64,000 nucleotides of DNA from Eledone cirrhosa (taxonomy: Eukaryota). Each line of letters starts with the position of its first letter. Positions within the stretch are counted from its first letter, which is position 1. Location: the NCBI GenBank assembly GCA_964016885.1, contig OZ024744.1:112530001-112594000 (forward strand), in the 5' to 3' direction. A program made the position numbers and the translations under genes. A model generated the notes under the pieces. The model did not search any database. It saw only the letters and a program-made list of their open reading frames with translations, and had not been told where the DNA came from. This document shows positions 1 through 13,086 of the stretch, piece after piece.

Positions 1-854
1 TGTGTTGTTGTGTTGTGTGTGTGGTTTCGTTCTGGGTTGTGGTGGTGGTTTGTTGGGGGGGGGGACCATGTGTTTTTGTATTTTTGCCCTATTATTGTGT
101 GCTATTGTGTGGCCTAGGTTTGGTGCTGTGGAGAAAGAGAATTTTACGGTGTGTTTATTGAAGAGCTTGTGGTATTTGTGTGTGTGTGGAAAAGATTGTT
201 CGAGGGCCCTGAAAAAGGTTCCCGGTATGTTAGTGGCGACGTGTATAGAATAGGAGGGGGGGGGGGTTATACCACGTGACAGGTCTACTTCGGTTTATGC
301 GTTGTTTAGTGAGTTTGTGTGTGTTTTGGTCAGGCGTGTGTTTCAAATAGATTCCAGGTAATCTATTGGCGTTATGTCCCTTGTCTCTATTGGTACGCAA
401 ACGTGTGCGATAGTCGGAGTTGTTATTGGGGCTGGAGAGTATGGCTTTATCTCCTAGACAGTTATGTGTGGTGCTGTCTACGCTGCCGGCTAGGGGGCGT
501 CTAAGGTTATTGTGTGTTCTACGTGTTATACCCCCCCCCCCCAACCCGTCTGCCTACCATATAACACACCGTAACCTCTGATCATGTAATCATCTTGCCG
601 AACATATCACCCCAGCACCATCACCATGTCCACAACACACATCGCCGTACGTCCATAAACGCTTTTCCCCCGCGTTCCCTATGTCACCTTTTAACCGGTA
701 TTCGATCCGGTATATATATTTTTGTCCCTCACAACTCCACCACCACCACCACAAGACACAACTCCATACTTCATTAACACCGACAACACATACCTCCACT
801 CCCCAACCAACAATAGTGTGTGTGTCTGTGTGTAAGTATTTTACTCATACGGGC

Positions 855-1550
855 GTTTTAAGTGTGCGTGCGTGTACGCAAATTTATCTCTATGTGTGTG
901 TGTATGTATGTGAACACATGTATATACATATGTCTATGTGTGTGTATATATATATATCTGTATATATATCTGTATATATATATATATGTGTATGTGTATG
1001 CATATGTGTATGTGTGTGTGTGTGTATATATGTATGTGTATGTATGTGTACGTCTACATATATGTATATGGGTAAATCTGACTGTATGTGTAGGTGAGCT
1101 CATATATGTGCATGTATGTGTATATGTGCGTATATGTGTGTGTTGTCGGTACATGTGTGTGTATATATATATATATGTGTATATATATATATGTGTGAGT
1201 ATACGTGTGTGCGAGTGTGTATGTGTATAGCTTGCATACATGAGTGTGAGTCCATGTGCCCATACCCATGTGTATGTATGTGTATGCATATATGTAAAAC
1301 ACCTTCTACATTGCCTCTCACCTTCCCCCCATCTCTGTCGTTCGCCACCCCCACCGATACTCTCCCACTCTCCATATTCGTGACCGCATGCGCGCATGCA
1401 CATACATGTGTGTACATATACATATGGCTGTGTGTGAGCGTATGCCGATATGTGTGGGCAAGGATGTGCGTATGTGTCTTATGTTGTGTGTGTTTATACA
1501 ACAATATATGTGCACATATATACATATATGTGTGAACGTATACGTATATA
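855..1550. repeat. TG/TA compound microsatellite
   Basis: Runs of (TG)n/(TA)n/TATG; the overlapping ORFs are low-complexity artefacts. Confidence 0.9.
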
Positions 1551-2002
1551 CAAGGTATCTGTCAGACGAAGAGCGTCTAACTATATATCTATGTAAGGAC
1601 CTGACGCCACCAATACATCCACCACACCACCAAAAACGCCGCTACCATAGACAAAGGCACCACTACCACACCCCCACCCACACGCCAACCCGTCTACTGA
1701 CAATCCACTAACCTCATACCACAGCCCATCCCACTAAATAACCTTAACCACCACCATATCTTCACATCCACCCCCACACACTCTACACGCCAAGGCCAAC
1801 CCACCACCACCACCACACCACAGCCCACCTCATCCACAGACGTCACCAACATCTCACCATCACACCCACCCCCACATATACACTACAGGCCAGTACATCG
1901 CCTTGATCCTTCCCACCAATCAAAACATCTCATTTTGTCAAACTCTTGAAACTCTGACTTTACCACATAGCATGTATTTCATTTTCTTATAGCATTTTAA
2001 GA

Positions 2003-2089
2003 GGGTCCGTCGAGCTGCCGATTATTGAGTCGCGTAGGATCGATATAGATCGAACCTTGAGCTGATCAGTGGCGAAACGCGCGTCACCT
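2003..2089 (+). ncRNA. Type I hammerhead-like ribozyme with variant core and long stem II (likely PLE pseudo-LTR end)
   Basis: gggt-CCGTCGA-[60 nt: gctgccgat...aggatcgat atag atcgaacct...atcagtggc]-GAAA-cgcgcg-TC-acct, then AATAAA; palindromic stem III. Confidence 0.6.
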
Positions 2090-2267
2090 ATCAATAAATG
2101 CAATGAAGGAATAATCAATCGTCCTTTTTATCCTTTCTATATTTTACACTCTGTACAGCTCTACACATCATCACAGAAGTGAACCTAAACATCGAGTGCT
2201 CACCCGGGTGAACCTGCAGTAACTCCTAGTTACACCCACTGGATATATATATATATATATATATATA

Positions 2268-2457
2268 TAACGAAGGAAAAGTGGTAAGGAACCAGGTGGA
2301 CCATAACGCACCAAAGTTCTCAATACTTAGGGTAGTAGAGTGGGTAATAGGAACAAGTAAGACCCCGACGGCTGAGCTCAAGCCGTTTCGACGGCTAATT
2401 CAGAATTAGCCGTCGAAACGGCTTGAGCTCAGTCGTCGGGGTCCTACTTGTTCCTAT
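2268..2457. repeat. Fold-back palindrome made of two 3' halves of an HHR-bearing element, flanked by (TA)n
   Basis: Arms ~2348-2401 and 2403-2456 are near-perfect reverse complements; same family at 36916-37115, 37648-37813 and 53524-53632. Confidence 0.85.
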
Positions 2458-2574
2458 ATATATATATATACACACATACATAGATACATACATACATACA
2501 CACATACATACACATATACACACAGACATACATACAAACATACACACATACATACATACATATACACACCTGAC

Positions 2575-4855
2575 GGTGGTGATGACTTCGATATGAAGAT
2601 ATATTAAATCAAAGGTCGGGTCTACTATGTTCTCCCAGCTTTGCTATCATATCTGGCTGATCCGAGATCGGCAGATCCATCCTCAGCGACCACAGAGGAA
2701 CGTCTTTGTTTCGCTTTGCTCCACCCTCACCCAACCCTTCCGAGCTCTCTCCTCCTGGCTTACACGATGGTTTGCCTCGAATGCACCAAGCATTGCGGTC
2801 AGTAGACAGGCCGGTCCATTGCTGCGGGTTGACATTAAATGTTTTCAGGGTTTTCTTGAGCAGAAGACAATGTCTTTATACTGCTTCTTGAGCAGACGAC
2901 AATGTCTTTATACTGCTTCTTGAGCAGAAGATAATGTCTTTATACTGCTTCTTGAGCAGAAGATAATGTCTTTATACTGCTTCTTGAGCAGAAGACAATG
3001 TCTTTATACTGCTTCTTGAGCAGACGACAATGTCTTTATACTGCTTCTTGAGCAGACGACAATGTCTTTATACTGCTTCTTGAGCAGACGACAATGTCTT
3101 TATATTGCTTCTTGAGCAGAAGACAATGTCTTTATACTGCTTCTTGAGCAGACGACAATGTCTTTATACTGCTTCTTGAGCAGAAGACAATGTCTTTATA
3201 CAGCTTCTTGAGCAGAAGACAATGTCTTTATACTGCTTCTTGAGCAGAAGACAATGTCTTTATACTGCTTCTTGAGCAGAAGACAATGTCTTTATACTGC
3301 TTCTTGAGCAGACGACAATGTCTTTATACTGCTTCTTGAGCACACGATAATGTCTTTATACTGCTTCTTGAGCAGACAACAGTGTCTTTATATTGCTTCT
3401 TGAGCAGAAGACAATGTCTTTATACTGCTTCTTGAGCAGACGATAATGTCTTTATACTGCTTCTTGAGCAGACGATAATGTCTTTATACTGCTTCTTGAG
3501 CAGAAGACAATGTCTTTATACTGCTTCTTGAGCAGAAGACAATGTCTTTATACTGCTTCTTGAGCAGAAGACAATGTCTTTATATTGCTTCTTGAGCAGA
3601 AGACAATGTCTTTATATTGCTTCTTGAGCAGAAGACAATGTCTTTATACTGCTTCTTGAGCAGACGACAATGTCTTTATACTGCTTCTTGAGCAGACGAC
3701 AATGTCTTTATATTGCTTCTTGAGCAGAAGACAATGTCTTTATACTGCTTCTTGAGCAGAAGACAATGTCTTTATACTGCTTCTTGAGCAGACGACAATG
3801 TCTTTATACTGCTTCTTGAGCAGAAGACAATGTCTTTATACTGCTTCTTGAGCAGAAGACAATGTCTTTATACTGCTTCTTGAGCAGAAGACAATGTCTT
3901 TATACTGCTTCTTGAGCAGACGACAATGTCTTTATACTGCTTCTTGAGCAGACGACAATGTCTTTATATTGCTTCTTGAGCAGACGACAATGTCTTTATA
4001 CTGCTTCTTGAGCAGAAGACAATGTCTTTATACTGCTTCTTGAGCAGAAGACAATGTCTTTATGTTGCTTCTTGAGCAGAAGACAATGTCTTTATACTGT
4101 TTCTTGAGCAGACGACAATGTCTTTATATTGCTTCTTGAGCAGAAGACAATGTCTTTATATTGCTGCTTGAGCAGACGACAATGTCTTTATACTGCTTCT
4201 TGAGCAGCCGACAATGTCTTTATACTGCTTCTTGAGCAGACGACAATGTCTTTATATTGCTTCTTGAGCAGAAGACAATGTCTTTATATTGCTTCTTGAG
4301 CAGAAGACAATGTCTTTATATTGCTGCTTGAGCAGACGACAATGTCTTTATACTGCTTCTTGAGCAGACGACAATGTCTTTATACTGCTTCTTGAGCAGA
4401 CGACAATGTCTTTATACTGCTTCTGGAGCAGAAGATAATGTCTTTATACTGCTTCTGGAGCAGAAGATAATGTCTTTATACTGCTTCTTGAGCAGAAGAC
4501 AATGTCTTTATACTGCTTCTTGAGCAGACGACAATGTCTTTATACTGCTTCTTGAGCAGAAGACAATGTCTTTATACTGCTTCTTGAGCAGAAGACAATG
4601 TCTTTATACTGCTTCTTGAGCAGAAGACAATGTATTTATACTGCTTCTTGAGCAGAAGACAATGTCTTTATACTGCTTCTTGAGCGAACATATTTTGACT
4701 CCAGAAGACAATTCTCCATAGAGCACAATCTTTGGCAGGTGATGGTCTGCCATTTTGGGGACATGCCCTACATAGTACAGCTGTGTCTTTATAAGAGTGG
4801 CCTCGCTATTAGTGGTGTTGGCTATCTCAAGGACCTCTGTGTTCTTTCTCGTGAA
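2575..4855 (-). mobile_element. RTE-clade LINE 3' fragment, interrupted by a minisatellite
   Basis: EVLEIAN...QLYYVGHVPKMADHHLPKIVLYGELSSG...KKQYKD motifs typical of the RTE ORF C-terminus. Confidence 0.75.
2853..4684. repeat. 32-bp minisatellite, about 57 copies (ttcttgagcagaagacaatgtctttatactgc)
   Basis: Head-to-tail units with period 32, few variant positions, no spacers. Confidence 0.97.
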
Positions 4856-4871
4856 TACATACATACATACA

Positions 4872-4899
<28 letters not shown>

Positions 4900-4902
<3 letters not shown>

Positions 4903-6470
4903 GGATTATTAAGGCTTTATTATTAAGCCAGTCTCACAACCATTAGTAGCAATTGTTGAACGCCTGACCAAGAACTGGTACACCAATTTGATCCTTAAGG
5001 GTGAGAAGGAGCAAATTGAGACTGATACAATACACTAACAGAAAGGCATATTTCAGGGTGATACCTTATCAGTGCTGCTCTTCGTCCTCTCACTAAACCC
5101 ACTATCATACCTGCTCACAAAACAAAGTGGTCATGGAAGTTGTATGGACCAAATATCAACTATATTAAAAAACAATTGGACTTCATTACACAATTTTTTT
5201 GCAGACATCAGAATGAAATTTGGTAAGTCCAAATGTGCATATTTGACAGTAAAACATGGAAGGGTTGTGTCCTCCTCTGGAAATCTAGAGATGAACGGCC
5301 TGACAATACAAACTGTATAGTCAGGTGACAACTACAGATATCTTGGACAGGATGAGAATGTCAGATATGATGGACCCATAAATAAGGAGAGAACCAGAAC
5401 TGAATACCCCAGGAGAGTAAAGAAAATATGGTCATCAGAACTATCAGTGTACCACAAATACATTCCCCACAATACTTATGCTGTTCCAATCCTAACACTA
5501 ACATTTGGTCTGCTGAACTGGTCATTGCAAGAACTAAGTGAGATGGATGTAAGAACTCGCAAGGTTCTCAGTGTTACTGGAAACTATAACATCAATGGTG
5601 ATGTGACTATACTATACTTCTCACGCAAGGAAGGTGGGTGGGGTCTAAAATCCATATTAACATCATACGAGACCCGGATAGTAACACTAAAGCAACATCT
5701 TCAATAGAAGAAAAAGGTCAGCAACCATCTTGCCCAGGTCTATGAGCATGAAGGAAATAATATCATTAGGATAGCGACTGATCTGGAGGAGAGATATGGA
5801 ATAAGGGATGATATAAATCTCTCTCCCAGGGAAATTGGAAGATCCTATTCAATGCTCGAACAAGATAAATAATAAACCAATTTACAGAGAAAGTTGTACA
5901 TGGGTACCTGAGACGAAAAGCACAAACCATAGAGAGGATCAATCATTCAAAAAGCCTGGCATAGAGTTCCGACAAATTTATGACATTTGGTAGGGGTTTC
6001 TTGTTCCTATTCAATATAGGAACAAGAAACCCCTACCAAATATCTGCTACACAAAATAGGAGGGCCATCAGTCGACAATAAATGTAGGCTTGTAAAACAA
6101 AGATCGAAGATGTTAGCCACATTGTTGCCATCTGTGAAATAATGTTGTCTCGCTACTACCTCCCCATGAGACACGATGTGATAGCTAGAACCATCTGGAA
6201 CACACTAAGGAAAACAAAATTATAAACAAATGAGGAGGAATATGTTGAGATAGATGGCACTAAGGAATACCGGTGGAACCTGAAAATAAAAACTGCCACC
6301 AAATTAAAGCACAACCGGCCTAATATTGTTGTTTGGGACCACACATTGAAAATGTGTTCTGTTGTGGAGATCAGCTGCCCACTTGATGTCAAAGTTGTAA
6401 GAAAAATACAAGAGAAGGAGGATATCTACGGGCCATTGATGAGGAGTTTGCAGATCCAGTTTCCAAAAAG
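4900..6470 (+). mobile_element. Degenerate R4/Dong-like non-LTR retrotransposon (RT plus restriction-like endonuclease remnants)
   Basis: GIFQGDTLSVLLFVLSLNPLS, FGKSKCA, YAVPILT, RKEGGWGL, RHD, HNRPNIVVWD motifs across broken frames. Confidence 0.8.
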
Positions 6471-6695
6471 TTGCAAAACATTCTTACAATTCAAGGGATA
6501 ACAATTTCTTTTCTTTTACAACCTTGCCACCAGGAAGGTGGCCAGTCAAAAATGTACTCGAAATGAAGAAAAAGAGAAAATATACACTGCAGTGCATAAT
6601 TCAGAGACCATCCCAATAATTTTATTAGGTTAGGTTAATATTGAACAAGGGACAATTTATATATAAATTTCTGCGATTCTGTCACAACACGTAAA

Positions 6696-7048
6696 TAGAG
6701 AAGAGTAGTTTGACTACCTCATACTACTCCTCTCTCTTTATATCTGCTGCCTGTGTACAATACATAAAGAGAGAGGAGCAGTTTCACTACCTCATACTAC
6801 TCCTCTCTCTTTATGTCTGCTGCCTGTGTACAATACATAAAGAGAGAGGAGCAGTTTCACTACCTCATACTACTCCTCTCTCTTTACGTCTGCTGCCTGT
6901 GTACAACATGTAAAGAGAGAGGAGCAGTTTCACTACCTCATACTACTCCTCTCTCTTTATATCTGCTGCCTGTGTACAATACATAAAGAGAGAGGAGCGG
7001 TTTCACTACCTCATACTACTCCTCTCTCTTTATATCTGCTGCCTGTGT
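6696..7048. repeat. 73-bp tandem repeat (~4.8 copies) with internal hairpin
   Basis: Unit aaagagagaggagcagt...actactcctctctcttt...tgtgtacaatacat, period 73. Confidence 0.9.
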
Positions 7049-7509
7049 GAATGTATGTGTGTGTAAAAAGAAGGAAGGGGGTGGTGAAAAATATATAGCA
7101 AAATAGTGGTTGGCGTTCCATTTGTTATGCTGTGTATGTATGTGTGTGTTTGTGAGATTGTATGTGTGTGTTTGTGTAAATGTATGTGTGTGTTTATGTG
7201 AATGTATGTGTATGTTTGTGTAGATGTATGTATGTGTTTGTGTGAATGTATGTGTGTGTGCTTATATAAATGAATGTGTGTTTTTTGTGTGAATGTGTGT
7301 GTGTTTGTGTAAATATATGTGTGTGTTTGTGTGAATGTATGTCTGAGTGTGTAAGTGTGCCTGGGTTTGCACGTTTATATTTATATACTCATACATATAA
7401 ATGTATGTATATACACATACACACACGCATGTACACATACACATCAGCGTGTTGAAAAAAAAATCCTAGTTATTATATAAAAATAGTATATTATTACAAA
7501 CAAACAAAG

Positions 7510-7702
7510 AGGGCGGTGGATTGGCAGTATCGGTAGAGTCGGAGGCCATGCTTTGCAGCATAGAGTTACGGCCCTTTATGGTCTGAGTTCAAATCCCGCC
7601 GAGGTTAACTTTGCCTTTCATCCTTACGGGGTGAATAAAATAAAGTACCAATAATACACTGGGATAATTGCTGGCCTTGTGCCAAAAGTAGAAACAATTA
7701 TT
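7510..7702 (+). mobile_element. tRNA-derived SINE (Nin/Deu-domain-like; resembles octopus SINEs)
   Basis: A box tggcagtatcggta, B box gagttcaaatccc, gcctttcatcctt...gggg core, ATT tail. Confidence 0.85.
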
Positions 7703-9217
7703 ACAAACAAACAACACAAAGCATTATGCTACAAATTGTCTATTCTAACTTAGTATTTTGTTTGATGACCTTTAGCAGCAATTGCTGAAAGGCATTGATT
7801 CCACCAAAGATGTACAATATCCAGGAGTGTTGTGTCCATACAGTAAGAATTGTAAATCAGTAATTGAGCTGGGATTTAGCTTGGTAAATTTGTCTTCTTT
7901 ATTCAATTTCCAACAGTTTTCAATTGGGTTTAAGTCAGGACTTGAACATGGCCAAGGTGCCATCACCTCAATACCAGATTTTCGGAAAAATTGGTTAATG
8001 GCTTTTGCCCTATGGCAAGGACCGCCATCTTCTTGATATATCTTGCAACCATGCCCCTTCGTCCATAATGGGACTTTTTCTCGTATGATTTCCAAATACA
8101 TGATTGTATTTACAGTCTTCCCTGACTTCTGGTCAGTGCAGCTCATCCCTTTATACTTATTAATCCCCAGACCAACAATGATTGTGATTGTTTAACTGTT
8201 GGTTCAACATAAAGATAATTATAACTCTGTCCAGCTGGTCTTCTTACATGGTGATTATAAGGGACAAGTTGTATAATTAATGTTTCATCACTAAACATTA
8301 CCTCACCATATTGAGCAGAAGTCCAGAGATGATAAGTGTTACAGAACAACAGACGGTCATTGATGTTTTTTATTTGAAAGTTGAGGCTTGGCAGCTGGCT
8401 TAAAAGCCCGAAGGTTAAAGTCCTTAACACAGTTTCGCCGGATATTAGACGATATGTTTGTGTCCAGAGGAAGTTGGGTTTGGATATATGAGTTAGAAGC
8501 AGTTTGATTTGACATTGAAAGTCGACGTACCATGTGATCTGTTTGAATATCTATCTTGTGTGGTCTTCCATGCCGCTTGATTGGATTAAGAGTGTCTGTT
8601 GTTGCATTACATGCAAGTGTTTTTTGAACACCAGTCTTAGATACACCTTTAGAATGGGTGGTATTAGTAAACAGATTTGTGTTACAATTGTACAAAGAAT
8701 AAGAATAGCAGTGTGTGTTTATACTGGTTTACTTCATAGAAGTGAATAATGAAATGTACGTATATTTTACCATTCATAGTGAGGAGGCTGGAGTCTCCTT
8801 AGGCTGTTGGTGAGTTGAGGATTTGCTCTGCATTCTGGTGCGTTGTGTCAAAGAGAGAGAGAGTTGATCTTTCAGCCTCTTACTTATAGTGGCCAAGAGG
8901 ACGTAACTCCTTTTACCTCCTGTAGGTGACACCAGAGGTCACTATCGTCACAAAGGGACGCAACTCTTATTTTAGTTCTGATGTCCACCGCAAGGGGGTG
9001 GGGGCGCTACAGTACCTTCCTCCAGACGATAGGCGAAAAGCCCGAAGGTAACTGTAGCGAATCCACAAGCATGGGATCCAATCACAGGCATGAAAGAGTA
9101 ACAAAAATTCAAAAAGTACATGCATACATAGTTCAATGAAAAAGCAAACAAAAAGGCTCTAGTGGCCAGTTCATATAAAAGAAAGTTTGGCAGAATTTTG
9201 TTGGGCCACTGGCCAGT

Positions 9218-10561
9218 TCATATGAAAAAAGTTTGGCAGAATCTTTTGGGCCAGTGGACTCTTCGACCGGAACGGGTCATGGTCTTGTATCTAGGTGAAG
9301 GTGGGGCAGAAGGAGCAGGTGTGTGTGCGAAGGAGAAAGATGGGGGCATTTGTGGCTCAGGTGTGTGAGCATCTGTGTGGGCCCTCTTAAGTCTATCGAT
9401 AGAAACCGTCTCTCTGAAACCCCCAATGTCTACTGTGAAATGTTTATCAGTTTGGGCTAATACATGGTAGGGTCCAGAGTACGGCTGTGTGAGAGGAGGT
9501 CTCACAGCATCGTTCCTCACGAACACGTGGGTCCACGAGGCAATATCCCTCGGGACTGCAGTTTTTACAGTTTGTTTCCTCGTGTCCATCGGCGGCAGGT
9601 CCTGGAAATACGATGGCAGACGGGATACGTAGGAAATCGGATCTTGTGTAGCAAGATCGACAGGAGCAAGCATTTGCCCAGGCAACGCTAGAGGAGCACC
9701 ATACAATAATTCGGCCGGGGAGAACCCAAGGTCCACCTTTGTTGATGACCGGATCCCCAACAACACAATAGAGTCGGGAGAAGTCCGTAGAGCGGCTTTT
9801 AGTTGTCGGTGGAAACGCTCCACCATTCCGTTAGATGCAGGATGATATAAAGTTGTTCGGATGCGTTTAGCACCCTTGATCTTCGTTAATTCATAGAAGA
9901 GATTCGATTCAAACTGCCTTCCACGGTCCGTTGTAATCGTGGTTGGCACTCCAAAGCGGGCAATCCATCCTGATACTAGGGCACGCGCTGTCGTTTCAGC
10001 AGTGATGTCTTTCAAGGGGATGGCTTCAGGCCATCGTGAAAAACGATCAATAACAGTCAATAGATAAGTATGACCACCACTGACTGGCCAAGGTCCCACG
10101 ATGTCCACATGAATGTGCCGGAAACGGGCGTCCGGTGTACTGTAAGTAACAAGCGGAGCCTTAACGTGTTTATGGATTTTCGATTTCTGGCAAGTGATGC
10201 AGGAACGGCACCAAGCAGTAATATCGTGCCTCATATTTGGCCAGAAGAATCTGGCTGTTATGAGCTTTACTGTGGCAGAAGATCCTGGGTGGGAAATGCT
10301 GTGTAAAGCAAGAAACACATTACAACAATGGTTTAGCGGGACGAATGGTTTCGGTGAATCCAAGGAAACATCGCAGAGAATCTGTCCGTCTGTGCTGGGC
10401 AATGACACGTATTTCAAATTACTCGTCGCAAATTCGGCTGATGTAATATCCAACGATTCCAGTGCAGGCTGGTCTGCTGCCAAGTGATTTAAATCGACGT
10501 CGTAGGATGACGCAATCGAACTGATCGGCAATCGAGACAGGGCGTCAGCCGCTATGTTCAA
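9218..10561 (-). pseudogene. pol: gypsy integrase
   Basis: HHCC motif, [31 protein letters not shown] (GPY/F). Confidence 0.95.
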
Positions 10562-11870
10562 TGAGCCTGGAATGTGTTGGATGTCGTTTGGGAATTGCGA
10601 GATGCCTTGTTTCTCTGGGCGAGTACTTGTCGGACTTTGCCCTTAAAGCGAAGGTCAAAGGTTTATGGTCAGTATAGATTGTAAAATACATTCCTTCGAG
10701 CATATGTGAAAAATGTTTCACGGAAAGGTAGATGGCTAACAGCTTCCGACCAAAGGTGCTGTAGCGAGTTTCTGCAGGCTTCAGCTTCCTGGAGAAAAAT
10801 TCCAATGGTTGTTGGTGATCGTCACTACTCTGTTGTAAGACTGCATCCACTGCAATATCCGACGCATCAACAGAAAGCGAAAGCTTGGCATTGGACACTG
10901 GGTGGACCAGCAAAGATGCACTAGCCAAAGCTGATTTAGCTTTTTGAAAATCCTCGAGCTGAGTCTGAGTCAAAGAGATTTCTTTGTTCTTCTTGCGGCA
11001 ATTTTTCAGAATCTCAGTAAGAGAGAAGAGTAGATTAGCACAATGCGGAACAAAACGTCTATAGAAATTTATCAGTCCTAGGAATTGTCGCAACTGACGA
11101 AGTGAGGTCGGCGGAGGCAAATCTTCTATAGCCTGAACTCGTTGATGGAGGGGTCGAATACCCTCGGAGTCAATGACATGACCTAAAAAATTCAGTGATT
11201 CCGCACCAAAAACACATTTTGTGGGATTTATTTGAACACTGTAATCCTTCAGTCGACAAAACAAAAGATTCAAATGACGTATGTGTTCTTCTCTGGAGGA
11301 ACTAGCAATAAGCAGATCATCAATATAAGTGTAGACGAAGTCTAAACCACGAGGGACCTCATCCATGAACCGTTGAAAGGTGCTAGCAGCATTCCTAAGA
11401 CTGAAAGGCATGGTAAGAAATTCGAATGATCCAAATGAAGTCGTAATGGCCGTTTTTCGGAAATCTTCTTTCTTGACAGGAATCTGATGATAAGCTCGCA
11501 CCAAATCGAGCTTTGAGAAAACTTTACATCCCTGCAACGACGATGCAAAATTTTGCAGGTGTGGAATAGGATATCTATCCAGGACAGTTATAGCATTTAA
11601 CTTCCTATAATCCCCAGTGGGTCTCCAGTCGCCAGAAGTCTTGGGTACCATGTGTAACGGAGAAGCCCAAGGGCTCGTAGACGGGCGAATTATGCCTAGC
11701 TGTAGCATATGATCGAACTCGGACCGTGCTACCTTCAATTTGTCCGCAGGCAAGCGGCGAGGACGGGAAAACACTGGAGCACCAGTAGTGGAGATGAAAT
11801 GTGCGGTTGAGTGAGTCGGTTCGACAACTCGAAAATTTCCCTGAGTAAGCTGTGGGAAAGAATTCAACAA
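10545..11870 (-). pseudogene. pol: gypsy reverse transcriptase/RNase H
   Basis: [37 protein letters not shown]. Confidence 0.95.
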
Positions 11871-12489
11871 TGCATGATAGGTATTCCCAACATTATCGAT
11901 GAAGAAGGTCGGGCTAATCGTTAGAAAATTAGCTTTCTGGTCACGAAGAGAAAAACCACTACTAGGCGTCGGCCACGGACGTCCACCGTCAATGCAAAAT
12001 GGTATAGAAAATCCGCTCCCAAGATCGGATATGGTAGGTCAGCAACCGTAAAAATCCATTTGAATTCTCGAAGATTTCTGAATTGCAGAGGAAGCGAGAT
12101 TTATCCAAAAGTCCGTTTCGGCGCATGATTGATAGCTTGTAGATTCATTGATAACTCAGGAGGAGTTTCTTTAACACAGTTCACCGGCTAAATGCTGCAG
12201 CAGGCTCCCGTATCTACGAGAAAAGATTTTCCGGACAGGAGGTCCTCAATAAAGAAGTGGCGGTTTGGGTGTGTAGCACAGAGACCAGCTGCCGCCTTCA
12301 GTGACTCAGGGTTTGCGTTTCCCGAAGTTGAATAGCTACACGGTGGCGGGCAGTGTTTTGCTTTATCAGCGAATGGTGCCATGATACCAGCAAAAATATG
12401 AATTGCTGGCGGGCAAGCTGGCGTTACGGCGTGAAGTCGCGAAGGAACGCGAACGACTTCTTGGCCGCCTGGGAGATGGCCTACTCTCC

Positions 12490-13086
12490 CTACATAATTT
12501 CGCGACTTGACGCGTCAATCGCCTTCAATATGGAATCCTCGTGTGTCGAGAAGAGCTGGTTCGGAGAGGTCGAAGAGGCAACAAGCGAGTCCGACGAGGT
12601 AGTTTCCCTAGAGAATTCCACAATTCGATCGGCAGATGCAGCGATCTGCTCCACCGAGCTCGAGTCCACTATGGTAGCCAATATAATCTGGACATTGTTT
12701 GGCAAGCGAGAAAAAAATAGCTTTTTGATAAATGAACTATCCTCATCGGGCGATTCACTGAGGTCCCGAATGTGGCGTAAACATTTGGACGGCGACCTGT
12801 CACCTAAACACTCGTCCTCCAATAATGCACAAAACCTGCTTTCAGCAGAACGGCAGTTTCTCCTTAATATTTCCGTCCTCAACGAATCATCCGAAGTACC
12901 GGTTGGCGGGTCCGTTATTAAATCTTTCACCGTGGTGGCGAGCGACGAAGGTATACCACTAATCAAAACATTGAGTTTCTGCTCCGTTTTAATTCCATTT
13001 GCAGCAAAATATGCATCGAGTTGCGCAAACCAGAGCTTGGGATCACCGGAGAACGCAGGTAAATTAGGACTACTCATCATTAGCAT
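12490..13086 (-). pseudogene. gag: gypsy Gag
   Basis: LPAFSGDPKLWFAQLDAYF...LGDRSPS; Zn-knuckle remnant and protease FLVDTGA just downstream (12188-12382). Confidence 0.85.

Noticed and set aside
1-800. Short ORFs in GT/CA-skewed sequence
   Set aside because: No recognisable motifs; probably a repeat UTR remnant, left unassigned
2853-4684. CRISPR array
   Set aside because: The 32-bp units are contiguous with no unique spacers, there are no cas genes, and the context is eukaryotic
7510-7605. tRNA gene
   Set aside because: The A/B boxes belong to a multi-copy SINE head; no complete cloverleaf
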